Numbered from the stretch's first letter, positions 1-10,291 are shown. The stretch is 64,000 bases of DNA from an uncultured SAR116 cluster alpha proteobacterium (GCA_902532475.1 CACAIE010000003.1:11886-75885); one strand, 5' to 3'. Numbers and translations: made by a program. The notes: a model not told the origin generated them from the sequence alone.

Positions 1-543
1 TTGAAATGAAATCATGTTCGCAATTTCAATAGTTTCTTGAAATGTATTTTGTGCTGATCTTAATATTAAAAACCTATCTTGATTTATTTTAAATTTTCTC
101 AAAAAGAATGCCGTTTGCTCACCTTCAGTAATAGCCTTAGAGTCATCAAAATTTTTGTTGTCACAAAATATTATTTTTGCTTCTGGGTGCTCTCTAAGAA
201 GATAAAGGGATTCAATTACTCTTTCAGAGCTTTCATTTAAAGATACTTGGTTTAAATCTAATGGTTTTTTTAAATGGCTAAAGGAACCACCTAATAAAAT
301 CACACCATTTATTTCTTTGGGAATGTTTTGGGGGATTTTTTGCTCAAGATTCCATAATAAATAACTTGTTACAAAATTTGAACCGCCTAAGAAAATGATG
401 GCTATAGTAAAGCCTAAAATAACTTTTGATACGCTAGAAAATATTTGGAATTTTTTTGAGACTAAATATAAAAAAATTAATAACAAAATTAAATGAAGTG
501 GGTAAATTAAATAACCCACAATTTTTGATAAAATCAAAAACAT
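1..543 (-). CDS. DUF218/YdcF(ElyC)-like membrane-anchored protein, partial (C-terminus lies beyond window start)
   Basis: Not in the ORF track because it runs off the edge. My translation from ATG (cat at 541-543) reads MFLILSKIVGYLIYPLHLILLLIFLY...INGVILLGGSF...ILRSAQNTFQETIEIANM and stays open to base 1. N-terminal TM helices, an LLGG block and an S-x-N-T-x-x-E block resemble DUF218 proteins. Confidence 0.55.
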   Translation of the reverse strand, partial: MFLILSKIVGYLIYPLHLILLLIFLYLVSKKFQIFSSVSKVILGFTIAIIFLGGSNFVTSYLLWNLEQKIPQNIPKEINGVILLGGSFSHLKKPLDLNQVSLNESSERVIESLYLLREHPEAKIIFCDNKNFDDSKAITEGEQTAFFLRKFKINQDRFLILRSAQNTFQETIEIANMISFQ

Positions 544-552
544 TCCTTATTA

Positions 553-1506
553 TTATTTCATAAATTTTTCTGCTATATCCATAAACTTTGAGATAGCTTT
601 ATCGCTTTCAACTTCACTCATTATTTTTACCTCATTTCTACCATCATTAATAGGGTTTTTGTGATTTTTCTCATCCAAAAAGACTACTGTTTGACCTCTT
701 GCTAATTCATCCTGAGAAACAAAAACTCTTCCCATCTTAAATTCAAATAATTCAGGATTAGTCAAAGCAATGACTGCTGTTGCATCATGGAAATAACAAC
801 CGTTCATATTTTTGGTATCTTTATAAAACCTCACATAAAACTTTGAGATATTTTTTAGAAATTGTCCGCATTTATTACCAATTTTAGATAAATGTTCCAA
901 TTGATCAGCTGAAAGAAATACTTTGTGTGTCACGTCCAACCCAACCATTGTCAATGGCCAACCAGATTTAAAAACAATATCTGCTGCCTCGGGGTCATTA
1001 TATATATTTGCTTCAGCCACAGGTGTGATATTGCCGCCAGCCAGCCAGGAACCTCCCATTATGGTAACTGATTTAACCTTATTAATAATTTCTGGATATT
1101 CTATTGCTGATGCTGCTATATTTGTTAAAGGCCCTACAGCAATTATATCAATTTCGCCAGGATTAGCATTAATACTGCCAGCTATAAAATCTATTGCAGT
1201 TTTATCACTCTTTTTAAGATTAGGTGATTTGTGCATTATATTTCCCAAACCATCATCACCATGAATAAAGTTAGGAAATTGTTTTATTTTTCTCTCAAGA
1301 GGTTTTTCCTTTCCAGAGAATACGGGCGTTTTGCTTTGGCTCAATTCTGATAAGATTAGCGCATTATTAGTCGCAAGTTTAACAGGAACATTACCATAAA
1401 CTGTTGTAATTCCAATTACCTCCAGTGAAGGATGATTTAAAGCGTATAATAAAGCAAAAGCATCGTCTATACCAGGATCAGTATCAAAAATAATTTTTTT
1501 ACCCAT
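553..1506 (-). CDS. Inosine/uridine-preferring nucleoside hydrolase family protein
   Basis: 317-aa ORF. N-terminal DTDPGIDDAFAL matches the DxDxxxDD fingerprint of IU-nucleoside hydrolases. Confidence 0.85.
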   Translation of the reverse strand: MGKKIIFDTDPGIDDAFALLYALNHPSLEVIGITTVYGNVPVKLATNNALILSELSQSKTPVFSGKEKPLERKIKQFPNFIHGDDGLGNIMHKSPNLKKSDKTAIDFIAGSINANPGEIDIIAVGPLTNIAASAIEYPEIINKVKSVTIMGGSWLAGGNITPVAEANIYNDPEAADIVFKSGWPLTMVGLDVTHKVFLSADQLEHLSKIGNKCGQFLKNISKFYVRFYKDTKNMNGCYFHDATAVIALTNPELFEFKMGRVFVSQDELARGQTVVFLDEKNHKNPINDGRNEVKIMSEVESDKAISKFMDIAEKFMK

Positions 1507-1591
1507 TTTAACCCCTTAGCAAAGTAGAGAATAAATAAAATGATCAATTATACTTCTATATAATATTCAAAGATTGTATATATAATTTTAA

Positions 1592-2686
1592 ATGAAAGAA
1601 AATACTTCTAAAGTGATAATCATAGGCGGTGGAATTGCAGGAGCAATAGCAGCTTATGTATGCGTGAAATCAAACATAAACACTATATGGTTTTCTCCAA
1701 AATCAGAAGTGGAAGGTGCTATGCAAATGCCACCTAATTCAATTAGAGCTTTAAAAAAGCTAGGTTGTTTTAATTTACTGAAAAATTTCCTAACACCAAT
1801 TTCAATGATCAGACTTAGAGAAACAAATTTAAAACAAGATTTAGCAAATATTGATGTATCGAAAAATTATTTCACAATTTCTAGAAAGGATATTTTTTCT
1901 TCTCTGAAAAAATCCATTGATAATAACTCAAAGATAGAAATAAATGAAGATAAAATAGTTTCTATAGAAAATAAGGATGGTCAATCAAAATGTATTTCCT
2001 CATCAGGAGAAGTAATTAAAAGTGATTTCATTATAGGCGCAGATGGCATTAATGGAATTGCAAGAAGATTATCTTGTTGGACTAGGAGCAAAAACATTGA
2101 TAATAAAGTTATCAAAAGAGCCGAAATTAAAGTTAATAATAAAAACAGAATACTCTTCCAGTCATCAATAAATTTATGGATGGGAGATGGGTGGCATTTA
2201 GTTTATTACCCTCACTCAAAAGGTAAAAAATTAAACGCAATTTTAGTAGGCAATAATGCGATTCACCAGATAAATTCATCAGATAACTTTGAATTGGGTT
2301 TATTCGAAAATACAAATTGGCAAGATGTAAATATTCAAAATACGATTTATTTTCCAAAATATATTAACAGCAATATTATTTTATTAGGTGACGCTGCTCA
2401 CCCTATGCCTCCTCATTTAGCTCAAGGCGCTGCCCAAACATTTCTTGATGGCGCAGTGTTATTAGATTGCCTATCAAAAAACGACAACATTTCATCCAGT
2501 GTTGGGAATTATTCAAAATTACGTTTAAAAAGCATAAAAAAAGTAACGAATATGTCACATTTTTCAGGTGAAGTTTTAAAATTTTCTGGACTTAAAAAAA
2601 CTATCAGAAACAAATTAATTTTAAGTGGAAATGTATTTATCAATGACTTTATGAAAAATTTATGGGGTGAAAATAGCTCTTTGTAA
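1592..2686 (+). CDS. FAD-dependent monooxygenase (UbiH/salicylate-hydroxylase-like)
   Basis: IIGGGIAGAIAA dinucleotide-binding fold at the N-terminus. LLGDAAHPMPPHLAQGAAQ matches the FAD-binding GD-x6-P-x-x-GQG-type motif. Confidence 0.75.
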   Translation: MKENTSKVIIIGGGIAGAIAAYVCVKSNINTIWFSPKSEVEGAMQMPPNSIRALKKLGCFNLLKNFLTPISMIRLRETNLKQDLANIDVSKNYFTISRKDIFSSLKKSIDNNSKIEINEDKIVSIENKDGQSKCISSSGEVIKSDFIIGADGINGIARRLSCWTRSKNIDNKVIKRAEIKVNNKNRILFQSSINLWMGDGWHLVYYPHSKGKKLNAILVGNNAIHQINSSDNFELGLFENTNWQDVNIQNTIYFPKYINSNIILLGDAAHPMPPHLAQGAAQTFLDGAVLLDCLSKNDNISSSVGNYSKLRLKSIKKVTNMSHFSGEVLKFSGLKKTIRNKLILSGNVFINDFMKNLWGENSSL

Positions 2687-2703
2687 TTAATACAAAGAGC
2701 TAT
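2673..2703. terminator. Bidirectional hairpin between convergent genes
   Basis: Perfect 13-bp inverted repeat atagctctttgta / tacaaagagctat with a 5-nt loop. The left arm contains the stop codon of 1592..2686. A/T-rich flanks on both sides. Confidence 0.5.
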
Positions 2704-2712
2704 AAATAATGA

Positions 2713-3474
2713 CTATTCACGGTTACCTAAAAGAGACAACAACATAATGAACATGTTTATAAAGTCTAAATAAAGCCTGAGAGCGCCCATTATAGATTTT
2801 TTTAAAGCTATACCTTGGTCATCTCCAGCTCTGTACATTAATTTAATTGATTGGGTATCATAAGCTGTCAAACCAGCAAATATTAATACACCTAAAACAC
2901 TGATAATGAACTGCATCATACCATCTTGTAGGAAGATGTTTACTATTGATGCAATTATTAATCCCACCAATCCCATCATAAGAAATGACCCTAAACCTGT
3001 GAGATCTCTTTTAGTTGTATATCCATAAATACTTAATGCAGAAAAAGAAGCTGCGGTGATAAAAAACACTCTTACAACTGAAGCCCCAGTGTAAACCAGA
3101 AGAACTGAAGAAAGTGAAATTCCCATTACTGCAGCAAAAATATAAAACATATTTCTTGCACTTGTAGGTCTCATACTATTCACTCTAGCAGACAACCAAA
3201 AAACCATCCCTAATGGTGCAAGCATTATTAACCATTGAAGGGGTGAACCATAAATAGCCCATCCAAAATTAGTTAAAGGGATACCATTAGATAAATAGCC
3301 TACAGCATTTTCTGACGATGCAACTGCAAAGTTTTTTATTAATAAAGCAAAAAAACCAGTAATTGCCATACCTATTGTCATGTGATTGTATACTCCAAGC
3401 ATATAAGAACGCAAACCAGCGTCTATATTAACTGCTTGTGTTTGAGTTGATGACATATAACGAGGATCTTGCAT
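2713..3474 (-). CDS. Bax inhibitor-1/YccA family inner-membrane protein
   Basis: 253 aa, about 7 predicted TM helices. The C-terminal block LTAYDTQSIKLMY...LYLDFINMF is typical of the BI-1/YccA family. Confidence 0.75.
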   Translation of the reverse strand: MQDPRYMSSTQTQAVNIDAGLRSYMLGVYNHMTIGMAITGFFALLIKNFAVASSENAVGYLSNGIPLTNFGWAIYGSPLQWLIMLAPLGMVFWLSARVNSMRPTSARNMFYIFAAVMGISLSSVLLVYTGASVVRVFFITAASFSALSIYGYTTKRDLTGLGSFLMMGLVGLIIASIVNIFLQDGMMQFIISVLGVLIFAGLTAYDTQSIKLMYRAGDDQGIALKKSIMGALRLYLDFINMFIMLLSLLGNRE

Positions 3475-3526
3475 TTATAAACTCCTAGATAAATTATTTA
3501 CTTATATATACATTAATATAAACATT

Positions 3527-4702
3527 TTAATTAAGTTTTTCAATGGAGTTTGTATTTTTTCTATCAACTTTTTTTATAATTTTTGAAAGTGATTTAAGTT
3601 GACCACATGCTGCCATTACATCTCTGCCTCGGGGAGTTCTTATAGGGCTAGCATAGCCTGCCTTCATAATAATTTTTGCAAAATTATTAATTTCTAAACT
3701 ATTGGAGCACTTATATGGTGCACATGGCCACTCATTAAAGGGAATTAAATTTATTTTTGAGGGAATTCCTTTTATCAAATTTACCAAATTTTTAGCATCT
3801 TTAATATTATCATTCACTCCTTTAAGCATAACATACTCCCATGTCACTCTTCTGGCGTTAGAAATAGTAGCATAAGATCTTACCGCTTCTAATAGTTGCT
3901 TAATATTATATTTTTTATTTATTGGGACAAGTTGATCTCTTAGTTTATCGTCAGTCGCATGAAGAGAAATCGCTAAATTAACTCCTAAATCCTTTCCACA
4001 TTTTTCAATTTCAGGAATAATTCCTGATGTTGATAAGGTGATTCTTCTCCTCGATAAACTTATGCCAGCATGATCCATGATAATCTCTAAAGCAGTTTTA
4101 ACATTTTCATAATTGTATAATGGTTCACCCATTCCCATTAAAACAATGCTTGTTAAGTATCTATTTTCAGACGCTGAGGGCCAATCATTTAATTCGTCCA
4201 TTACCAACATAACTTGTCCAACAATTTCAGCAGATGTTAAGTTTCTAACCAATCTTTGTGTCCCTGTATGACAAAACTTACAAGTCAATGTGCACCCCAC
4301 TTGACTTGAAATACAAAGCGTCCCTCTTTTATTGTCAGGTATCCAAACAGTTTCTATTTCATTGCCATCATTTAACTTTAGAAGCCATTTAATTGTACCG
4401 TCATCAGAAATTTGTGAGGAAGCAATTAATGGCCTGCTTATAAAGAAGATTTCAGAAAGATTTCGTTGCAAATCTTTTGATATGTTGGACATTTGATTAA
4501 AATTAGAAACGCCAGATCTATAAATCCAATTCCATAATTGGTTAGCTCTAAATTTAGGCAATCTATGTTTAATCAAAATATTTACTAGTTCTGACTTTGA
4601 TAAACCTAGAAGATCTACTTTTAAATTTTTGTCTTTATTAGTTTTGTCTTTATTAGAAACTAAATTACTATATTTAATTTTATCTTCCACAAGCTTTGTC
4701 AA
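3527..4702 (-). CDS. rlmN: 23S rRNA/tRNA adenine-C2 methyltransferase RlmN (radical SAM)
   Basis: FRANQLWNWIY N-terminal motif, radical-SAM CxxxCxxC (GCTLTCKFCHTG), MGMGEPL, and the C-terminal catalytic Cys context (MAACGQL). Confidence 0.9.
   Translation of the reverse strand: MTKLVEDKIKYSNLVSNKDKTNKDKNLKVDLLGLSKSELVNILIKHRLPKFRANQLWNWIYRSGVSNFNQMSNISKDLQRNLSEIFFISRPLIASSQISDDGTIKWLLKLNDGNEIETVWIPDNKRGTLCISSQVGCTLTCKFCHTGTQRLVRNLTSAEIVGQVMLVMDELNDWPSASENRYLTSIVLMGMGEPLYNYENVKTALEIIMDHAGISLSRRRITLSTSGIIPEIEKCGKDLGVNLAISLHATDDKLRDQLVPINKKYNIKQLLEAVRSYATISNARRVTWEYVMLKGVNDNIKDAKNLVNLIKGIPSKINLIPFNEWPCAPYKCSNSLEINNFAKIIMKAGYASPIRTPRGRDVMAACGQLKSLSKIIKKVDRKNTNSIEKLN
4627..4656. repeat. Perfect 15-bp tandem duplication (2 units) inside rlmN
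   Basis: ttttgtctttattag at 4627-4641 and again at 4642-4656. In frame on the minus strand (NKDKT/NKDKN). Confidence 0.9.
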
Positions 4703-5192
4703 TTAGCTTTAATGCTGCTGTAAAACCAAATAAAGAATATATGTCCTCTGTTTTGGTTCCTCTTGATGAAGTTCCAGAAACAACTAACTTGTTTCCAGAT
4801 TTCATTGCGTTAACAATTTTTGAGTCTAATTCAGGTGTTTCAGCCCAAGCTCTATCTTTCAGGGTGAAAAGAGAAAACTTTTTCTTTCCGTCTATAACAT
4901 ATTTTACTGAAGATTGCTCTTTATGATCGTACCCCGCTTTAATAGAAACTTCATTTGTAATATCCTGAGATGGCCCATGGGTAACATAAACTCTTACATC
5001 GCCTCTATTTTCTTTTTTATAATCACCTTTTGAAGACTTTGGCTCACTTGATATAAAGCAGGTTCTTTTATCACCACTATCAGATCTATATGCGATCCAA
5101 TCACGCTCTTCACCCAATATTAAAGTTTCTGAAAATGCATTGATGGAAATAAGTGTTAAAAATAAAACTTTACTTAATATCTTGATTGTCAT
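4680..5192 (-). CDS. Invasion-associated locus B (IalB)-like periplasmic protein
   Basis: 170 aa with a signal peptide (MTIKILSKVLFLTLISINAFS). W-x-A...C core and overall size resemble alphaproteobacterial IalB-family proteins. Overlaps the rlmN start by 23 nt. Confidence 0.55.
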   Translation of the reverse strand: MTIKILSKVLFLTLISINAFSETLILGEERDWIAYRSDSGDKRTCFISSEPKSSKGDYKKENRGDVRVYVTHGPSQDITNEVSIKAGYDHKEQSSVKYVIDGKKKFSLFTLKDRAWAETPELDSKIVNAMKSGNKLVVSGTSSRGTKTEDIYSLFGFTAALKLIDKACGR

Positions 5193-5424
5193 TTAAGCCT
5201 CACATTATAAAAAATCTGATTTAAATTAAAGTATCTGTTTATATTTTAAATTTTTTAACTATTTAATAATTTTAATGCAAGTATTAAGAGAAATTTAGTA
5301 AATAATTAAATAAACTTTTTATAACTATTTTTTCAAGTCTTCTAGTGTATAGAGTTAATAATTGTGTTTTATGGCAAAAAAAAGATGAGAGTTAAAACAA
5401 TATTTCCAACAAAAGCAAGTTAGT

Positions 5425-5916
5425 TCACATTAACGGTCTTTTTTTAAATTGTGTCATTGAAGTTAACCGATCATATAAAACTATTCCTCCCGTTAAGGCT
5501 AAATTCAAAGAAAACTTTGTCGGCACCTTAATAATATTATCACACTTACTAATTATATTTTCACTCAAACCTAGTCTTTCAGAACCTAAAATATATGCTG
5601 CTAATCTTGGATGCCTAAATGAAGGAAGATTCTCAGCAGCATCTAATAATTCTATGCCCACTAATTTGCACCCTTTTGGTAAATGAATATCAGCAGGCTT
5701 ATCATAAAAATATGTAGGTAAACTGTTCTCCGTTTTGGAAGTGTCTGATAACCTTATTTCTTTTTTGTCTAGGGGTCCTCCAACGAAAAAGGAAAAATTT
5801 GCACCAAAGGCATGTGCTGTTCGCATAACAGCACCGGCATTCATCGCCTTTGAAACATTTTCAACACCAATACCAAAATACCCTTTCACGTTATCCTCAA
5901 AATTAAAAAAATCCAT
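5425..5916 (-). CDS. SpoU/TrmH-family RNA 2'-O-methyltransferase
   Basis: 163 aa. GIGVENVSKAMNAGAVMRTAHAFG, then ILGSERLGLS, then a LNLALTGGIVLYD-type knot-region arrangement typical of SpoU methylases. Confidence 0.7.
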   Translation of the reverse strand: MDFFNFEDNVKGYFGIGVENVSKAMNAGAVMRTAHAFGANFSFFVGGPLDKKEIRLSDTSKTENSLPTYFYDKPADIHLPKGCKLVGIELLDAAENLPSFRHPRLAAYILGSERLGLSENIISKCDNIIKVPTKFSLNLALTGGIVLYDRLTSMTQFKKRPLM

Positions 5917-6340
5917 TAATTAAAGTACTTGTAATTGCAAAAAATGTAAGCTTTTTTCTTAGGTTAAGATACCATTTTAGAGAATTAAATTTTTTATTAT
6001 CAATTATGAGAGAGATAATTAATCCTATCGCAAGCAATAATGAGGATACTTCATGCCACTCAATAATAACCATCAAACCTAACGATATCCAAGCTAATAA
6101 TGGGGTTACAACTCCCCAAAACCACCCAATATTATTAATTTTTCTAATTTTAAGAAGATATCCCCAATGAACCGAACCTAAAAAACAAAGTATTATCGCG
6201 CTATATAACAAACCTATTACTCTTGCTTGATTTTCAAACTCACTGTTTATTAAAACTAATATTGTTGAAAACAGGAAAGGGAAAATACCTGCCCAGCCAA
6301 GAAAAACAGGATCAAAAATCAACTTGAAAAATTTATGCAT
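5903..6340 (-). CDS. DUF3429-like small membrane protein
   Basis: 145 aa, 4-5 TM helices, with a conserved-looking GSVHWG motif. Confidence 0.45.
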   Translation of the reverse strand: MHKFFKLIFDPVFLGWAGIFPFLFSTILVLINSEFENQARVIGLLYSAIILCFLGSVHWGYLLKIRKINNIGWFWGVVTPLLAWISLGLMVIIEWHEVSSLLLAIGLIISLIIDNKKFNSLKWYLNLRKKLTFFAITSTLINGFF

Positions 6341-6347
6341 TTAAAGC

Positions 6348-6638
6348 CTATATACTTTCTATAAACTGAATCAATTTAATATCTTTTTCTGTAATTCCTC
6401 CAGCATCATGTGTCGTTAAAGAAATTTCCACTTTACTATAAACGTTACACCATTCGGGATGGTGATCTTCCTTTTCTGCAAAGATTGCAATCTTGGTCAT
6501 AAATGAAAAGGCATCAATAAAAGATTTAAATTTAAATATCTTATTTAATTTTTTACCATCATCAATTTGATGCCAATCTTTTCCAGTTGCTTTTATTTTT
6601 TCCATCACCTCTTTTGAAGATAAAACATTTACCATCAT
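6348..6638 (-). CDS. phhB: Pterin-4-alpha-carbinolamine dehydratase
   Basis: 96 aa. EDHHPEW...V...[10 protein letters not shown] is the signature core of PCD/DCoH. Confidence 0.85.
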   Translation of the reverse strand: MMVNVLSSKEVMEKIKATGKDWHQIDDGKKLNKIFKFKSFIDAFSFMTKIAIFAEKEDHHPEWCNVYSKVEISLTTHDAGGITEKDIKLIQFIESI

Positions 6639-6750
6639 TTACTCCTCTAGCTATTATGTTATATAATTGGCATTATTTAGTAGAACGAGTTATAGCATAA
6701 AAATATCAAAAGTTGATGCACTATATTTGTACTTGGAGACAAAATTCAAA

Positions 6751-7959
6751 ATGAATAATAAGCGACCCTCAAAAATTGTTCTAGCATATTCTGGAGGTTT
6801 AGACACCTCAGTAATTTTAAAATGGCTTCAAGAAAAATATCAATGTGAAGTAATAACATTTACTGCCGATATTGGGCAAGGTGAAGAAGTCGAGCCAGCT
6901 AGAGAGAAGGCAAAGTTATTAGGAGTAAAAAAAATCTATATTGAGAACCTGGAGGATACTTTTATTAAAGATTATGTGTTCCCAATGTTTAGATGTAATG
7001 CAGTTTATGAAGGGTTTTATTTGCTTGGAACAAGTATTGCGAGACCTTTAATTGCAAAAAGGCAAATTGAAATAGCTGAAATCGAAGGCGCTGAAGCCGT
7101 TGCTCATGGAGCCACAGGCAAGGGAAACGATCAAGTTAGGTTTGAATTATCATATTTTTCACAAAACCCTAAAATTCAAGTTATTGCACCTTGGAGAGAA
7201 TGGGGACTAACATCCAGATCAAAGCTAATTGAATATGCAGAAAAACATCAAATATCTATAGCAAAAGATAAAAGAGGTGAGGCTCCATTTAGTGTTGACG
7301 CAAACTTGCTTCATGTTTCAGCAGAAGGAAAGGTTCTAGAAGACCCTTGGGAAGAGCCTAAAGAATATATTTATACTAGAACCGTAAGTCCAATTGATGC
7401 ACCAGACAAACCTACTGAGATTACTATTGATTTTTTAAAAGGAGACCCAATTAGGATTAATAACAAGAGACTAAAACCTTCCAAAATTATGAAAAAATTG
7501 AATTTTTTAGGAGGTGAAAATGGAATTGGAAGAATTGATATAGTTGAAAATAGGTTTGTCGGAATGAAATCAAGAGGCGTCTATGAAACACCAGGCGGTA
7601 CTATTCTATTAACCGCAAGAAGAGCTATTGAATCCATAACTCTCGACAGAGAGGCCGCTCATCTCAAAGACGAAATAATGCCAAAATACGCTAAATTAAT
7701 TTATAACGGTTTTTGGTTTTCCCCAGAAAGAGAAATGATGCAATCGTTGATTGACAAGTCTTCAAAAAAAGTAAGCGGGACTGTTAGGTTAAAACTCTAC
7801 AAAGGTAATGTTATTATAACTGGACGAAAGTCTGAAAACTCATTATACAGTGAATCACTAGTTACTTTTGAAGATAGCGAAAGTGATTACGACCAATCAG
7901 ACGCAAAAGGCTTTATTAAATTAAACGCATTAAGGTTGATAAAGAATAATCTTAAGTAA
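6751..7959 (+). CDS. argG: Argininosuccinate synthase
   Basis: [16 protein letters not shown]-PPase motif and the [13 protein letters not shown] motif. I placed the start at ATG 6751 (GGAG at 6735-6738) rather than the track's 6667 non-ATG start. Confidence 0.95.
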   Translation: MNNKRPSKIVLAYSGGLDTSVILKWLQEKYQCEVITFTADIGQGEEVEPAREKAKLLGVKKIYIENLEDTFIKDYVFPMFRCNAVYEGFYLLGTSIARPLIAKRQIEIAEIEGAEAVAHGATGKGNDQVRFELSYFSQNPKIQVIAPWREWGLTSRSKLIEYAEKHQISIAKDKRGEAPFSVDANLLHVSAEGKVLEDPWEEPKEYIYTRTVSPIDAPDKPTEITIDFLKGDPIRINNKRLKPSKIMKKLNFLGGENGIGRIDIVENRFVGMKSRGVYETPGGTILLTARRAIESITLDREAAHLKDEIMPKYAKLIYNGFWFSPEREMMQSLIDKSSKKVSGTVRLKLYKGNVIITGRKSENSLYSESLVTFEDSESDYDQSDAKGFIKLNALRLIKNNLK

Positions 7960-7972
7960 CTAATCAAAAGTT

Positions 7973-8566
7973 TTAAATTTCAGATCTGGCTTTAAGTGCC
8001 TGTGTTATAGTCCCGTCATCAAGAAAATCTAATTCACCACCTATAGGCAATCCATGGGCCAATCTTGAAATAATGACTTCGCATCCTGTTAATCTATCAA
8101 CCAAATAATGGGCTGTGGTTTGCCCATCAACAGTAGCAGAATTAGCTAAAATAATCTCATTTATAATTTCGTTTTTTGCTCTTTCAATCAATTTATCTAT
8201 TTTCAGATCTTTTGGTCCTACATTATCTAAAGCAGAGAGAGTGCCGCCCAAAACATGATATATACCATTATATACACCGGATCTTTCAATTGCCCATAAA
8301 TCTCCAACATTTTCAACTACACAAATTATCGTCTGATCTCTTTTATTGTCTTTGCAAATATAGCATTCTCCGCTTGTATCCATATTCCCACAATGGATAC
8401 AAAACTCCACTAATTCTGCAACTTGCTTCATTTCATCCGATAAAGTAATTAATTCTTTTTCTTTATTAGTAAGAAGATGCAAAACAATTCTTCGAGCAGA
8501 TCTTAAGCCCAGACCTGGCAACTTTGACATCATCCTAATCAAATGATCTATTTCAGAATTAATCAT
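7973..8566 (-). CDS. recR: Recombination protein RecR
   Basis: LPGLGLRSARR helix-hairpin-helix, a C4 zinc finger (CIHCGNMDTSGECYIC) and a Toprim block (ICVVENVGDLWAIE). Confidence 0.95.
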   Translation of the reverse strand: MINSEIDHLIRMMSKLPGLGLRSARRIVLHLLTNKEKELITLSDEMKQVAELVEFCIHCGNMDTSGECYICKDNKRDQTIICVVENVGDLWAIERSGVYNGIYHVLGGTLSALDNVGPKDLKIDKLIERAKNEIINEIILANSATVDGQTTAHYLVDRLTGCEVIISRLAHGLPIGGELDFLDDGTITQALKARSEI

Positions 8567-8613
8567 TGCGATTATTTAATAACAAAGATTTACTTAAAAA
8601 ATTATTTATATTT

Positions 8614-10269
8614 TCACTCATTTGAATCTTTAACTGATTTTAAATCAGCATTTGGAAATGCCTTTAAAACTTTTTCCATTTCAGGTGTGCTTTTAGTCAT
8701 AGTAATTCTTTCTTTGTCTTCTCTTTCCCTCTTTTGGTCCAGTGTTTCTTCACCCTCATCCTCTACACTGTTAACAATCCAATCAATACCAGTCCATTTT
8801 TTTAAATTGCCTGAAATCTCTTTCGTAAAACCTTTGTCAGCATTTCCAGTAATTCTTATATCTATTTTTCCCTTTTCAAAAGAGACTAAATGAACACATG
8901 AAGTTAATTTTGCATGAATGAGCAATTCATCTTTAATTTTAAACAGTTTAACCATTTCTTCATAATCTGCAGGCTCTTTTTGTTGTTTTTCAATGTCATT
9001 ATTTTTGATAAAATCAGACTGTTTATTTTTTTCAGAAACTTGATTCCCAACATAGGGTTCTATTTTATTTTCATGACTTTGAAATGATGAATTTATTTTT
9101 TTCACCAACGATGCAGGATCTGGCAAGCTGCTCGCATAAGATAATCTTATAAGTATCATTGAACCAGCTTCGTCTGCGTTTGGAGCGGAACGAATTTCTT
9201 CAAGTCCTTTCAACAAAACCTGCCAAGCTCTAGTTAAGTCCGGCAAAGAAAACTTTGAAATTTTTTTTATTCCATTTTTTTCAGATTCTGGAACAGCAAA
9301 AAGCAATACATTCTCATTTTTCTCACCTCCAACCAATAATCTTGTAGATAAATGCAAAATATCCAGCATATCACAAACCATTGTTTCACTATTGCTTCCA
9401 TGGTTAATAATATTATCATACATTCCTAATGCTTCTGCAATTTCACCACTCAAGACATTATTCAAAATTTCAATGCTTGAAAGTCTATTAGGCAACCCTA
9501 ACATATAACTAATATTTTCTGATTTAATATTATCTCCACTTATTGATGCTGATTGATCTAATAAAGATAGAGCATCTCTTACTGATCCTCCGGATACCCT
9601 GACAATTATCTGAAGCGCTTCATTGGAACATTTTATACCCTCTTGGTCACATATCCAATTTAAATATTTTATTAATTGGTCGGATAAAACCCTCTGCAAA
9701 TCAAAACGCTGACAACGTGATAAAACAGTTATTGGAACTTTCCTTATTTCTGTAGTAGCAAATATAAATTTCACATGATCTGGTGGCTCTTCTAAAGTTT
9801 TTAATAGAGCATTAAACGCTCCTTTAGAGAGCATATGAACTTCGTCAATTATATAAATTCTATATTTTGATGTAACTGGTTTATAGCCCACCCCATCAAT
9901 TAAGTCTCTAATATTATCAACTCCAGTATGACTAGCTGCATCCATTTCAAGAACATCTATATGATTACCTGAAGCGATCCCAAGACAGCATTCACATTTA
10001 CCACAAGGATTGATAGATATTTCAGGAATTTTTTCTGGGTTTAAGCAGTTAAAAACCTTAGCAATAATACGAGCGGTTGTAGTTTTGCCAACTCCCCTCA
10101 CTCCAGTTAACATATAGGCTTGAGCAAGCCTTTTCCTTTCAATTGATCCGGAAAGTGTTTTAACAAGTGTTTGCTGTCCAATAAGTCTTTTAAAATTAAG
10201 GGGCCGATACTTCCTAGCTAAAACTCTATTTTTTGAGTTAGCAACCGTATTATCTGATTTAACATCCAT
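8614..10269 (-). CDS. dnaX: DNA polymerase III subunit tau/gamma
   Basis: Walker A GVRGVGKTT, zinc module CGKCECC, DEVHML, a SRCQRF sensor region and an alphaproteobacterial-type C-terminal domain. Confidence 0.95.
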   Translation of the reverse strand: MDVKSDNTVANSKNRVLARKYRPLNFKRLIGQQTLVKTLSGSIERKRLAQAYMLTGVRGVGKTTTARIIAKVFNCLNPEKIPEISINPCGKCECCLGIASGNHIDVLEMDAASHTGVDNIRDLIDGVGYKPVTSKYRIYIIDEVHMLSKGAFNALLKTLEEPPDHVKFIFATTEIRKVPITVLSRCQRFDLQRVLSDQLIKYLNWICDQEGIKCSNEALQIIVRVSGGSVRDALSLLDQSASISGDNIKSENISYMLGLPNRLSSIEILNNVLSGEIAEALGMYDNIINHGSNSETMVCDMLDILHLSTRLLVGGEKNENVLLFAVPESEKNGIKKISKFSLPDLTRAWQVLLKGLEEIRSAPNADEAGSMILIRLSYASSLPDPASLVKKINSSFQSHENKIEPYVGNQVSEKNKQSDFIKNNDIEKQQKEPADYEEMVKLFKIKDELLIHAKLTSCVHLVSFEKGKIDIRITGNADKGFTKEISGNLKKWTGIDWIVNSVEDEGEETLDQKREREDKERITMTKSTPEMEKVLKAFPNADLKSVKDSNE

Positions 10270-10291
10270 TTATTTGCAATGCCCACTAATC

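Noticed and set aside
6667-6750. 28-codon N-terminal extension of argG proposed by the ORF track ([28 protein letters not shown]).
   Set aside because: It starts at a non-ATG codon and has no similarity to ArgG N-termini. The conserved [13 protein letters not shown] begins right after the ATG at 6751, which is preceded by GGAG. The extension is most likely 5' UTR or promoter sequence.
9261-9281. A8 and A7 runs in dnaX (GAA AAA AAT GGA ATA AAA AAA ATT on the coding strand) as a possible programmed -1 frameshift site producing a gamma subunit. The -1 frame hits a stop after about 11 codons.
   Set aside because: The site lies around residue 330, within what should be domain III, earlier than the E. 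coli tau/gamma junction. I see no downstream stem-loop or upstream SD-like stimulator. A-runs are common in this AT-rich DNA. Alphaproteobacterial dnaX is not known to me to frameshift.
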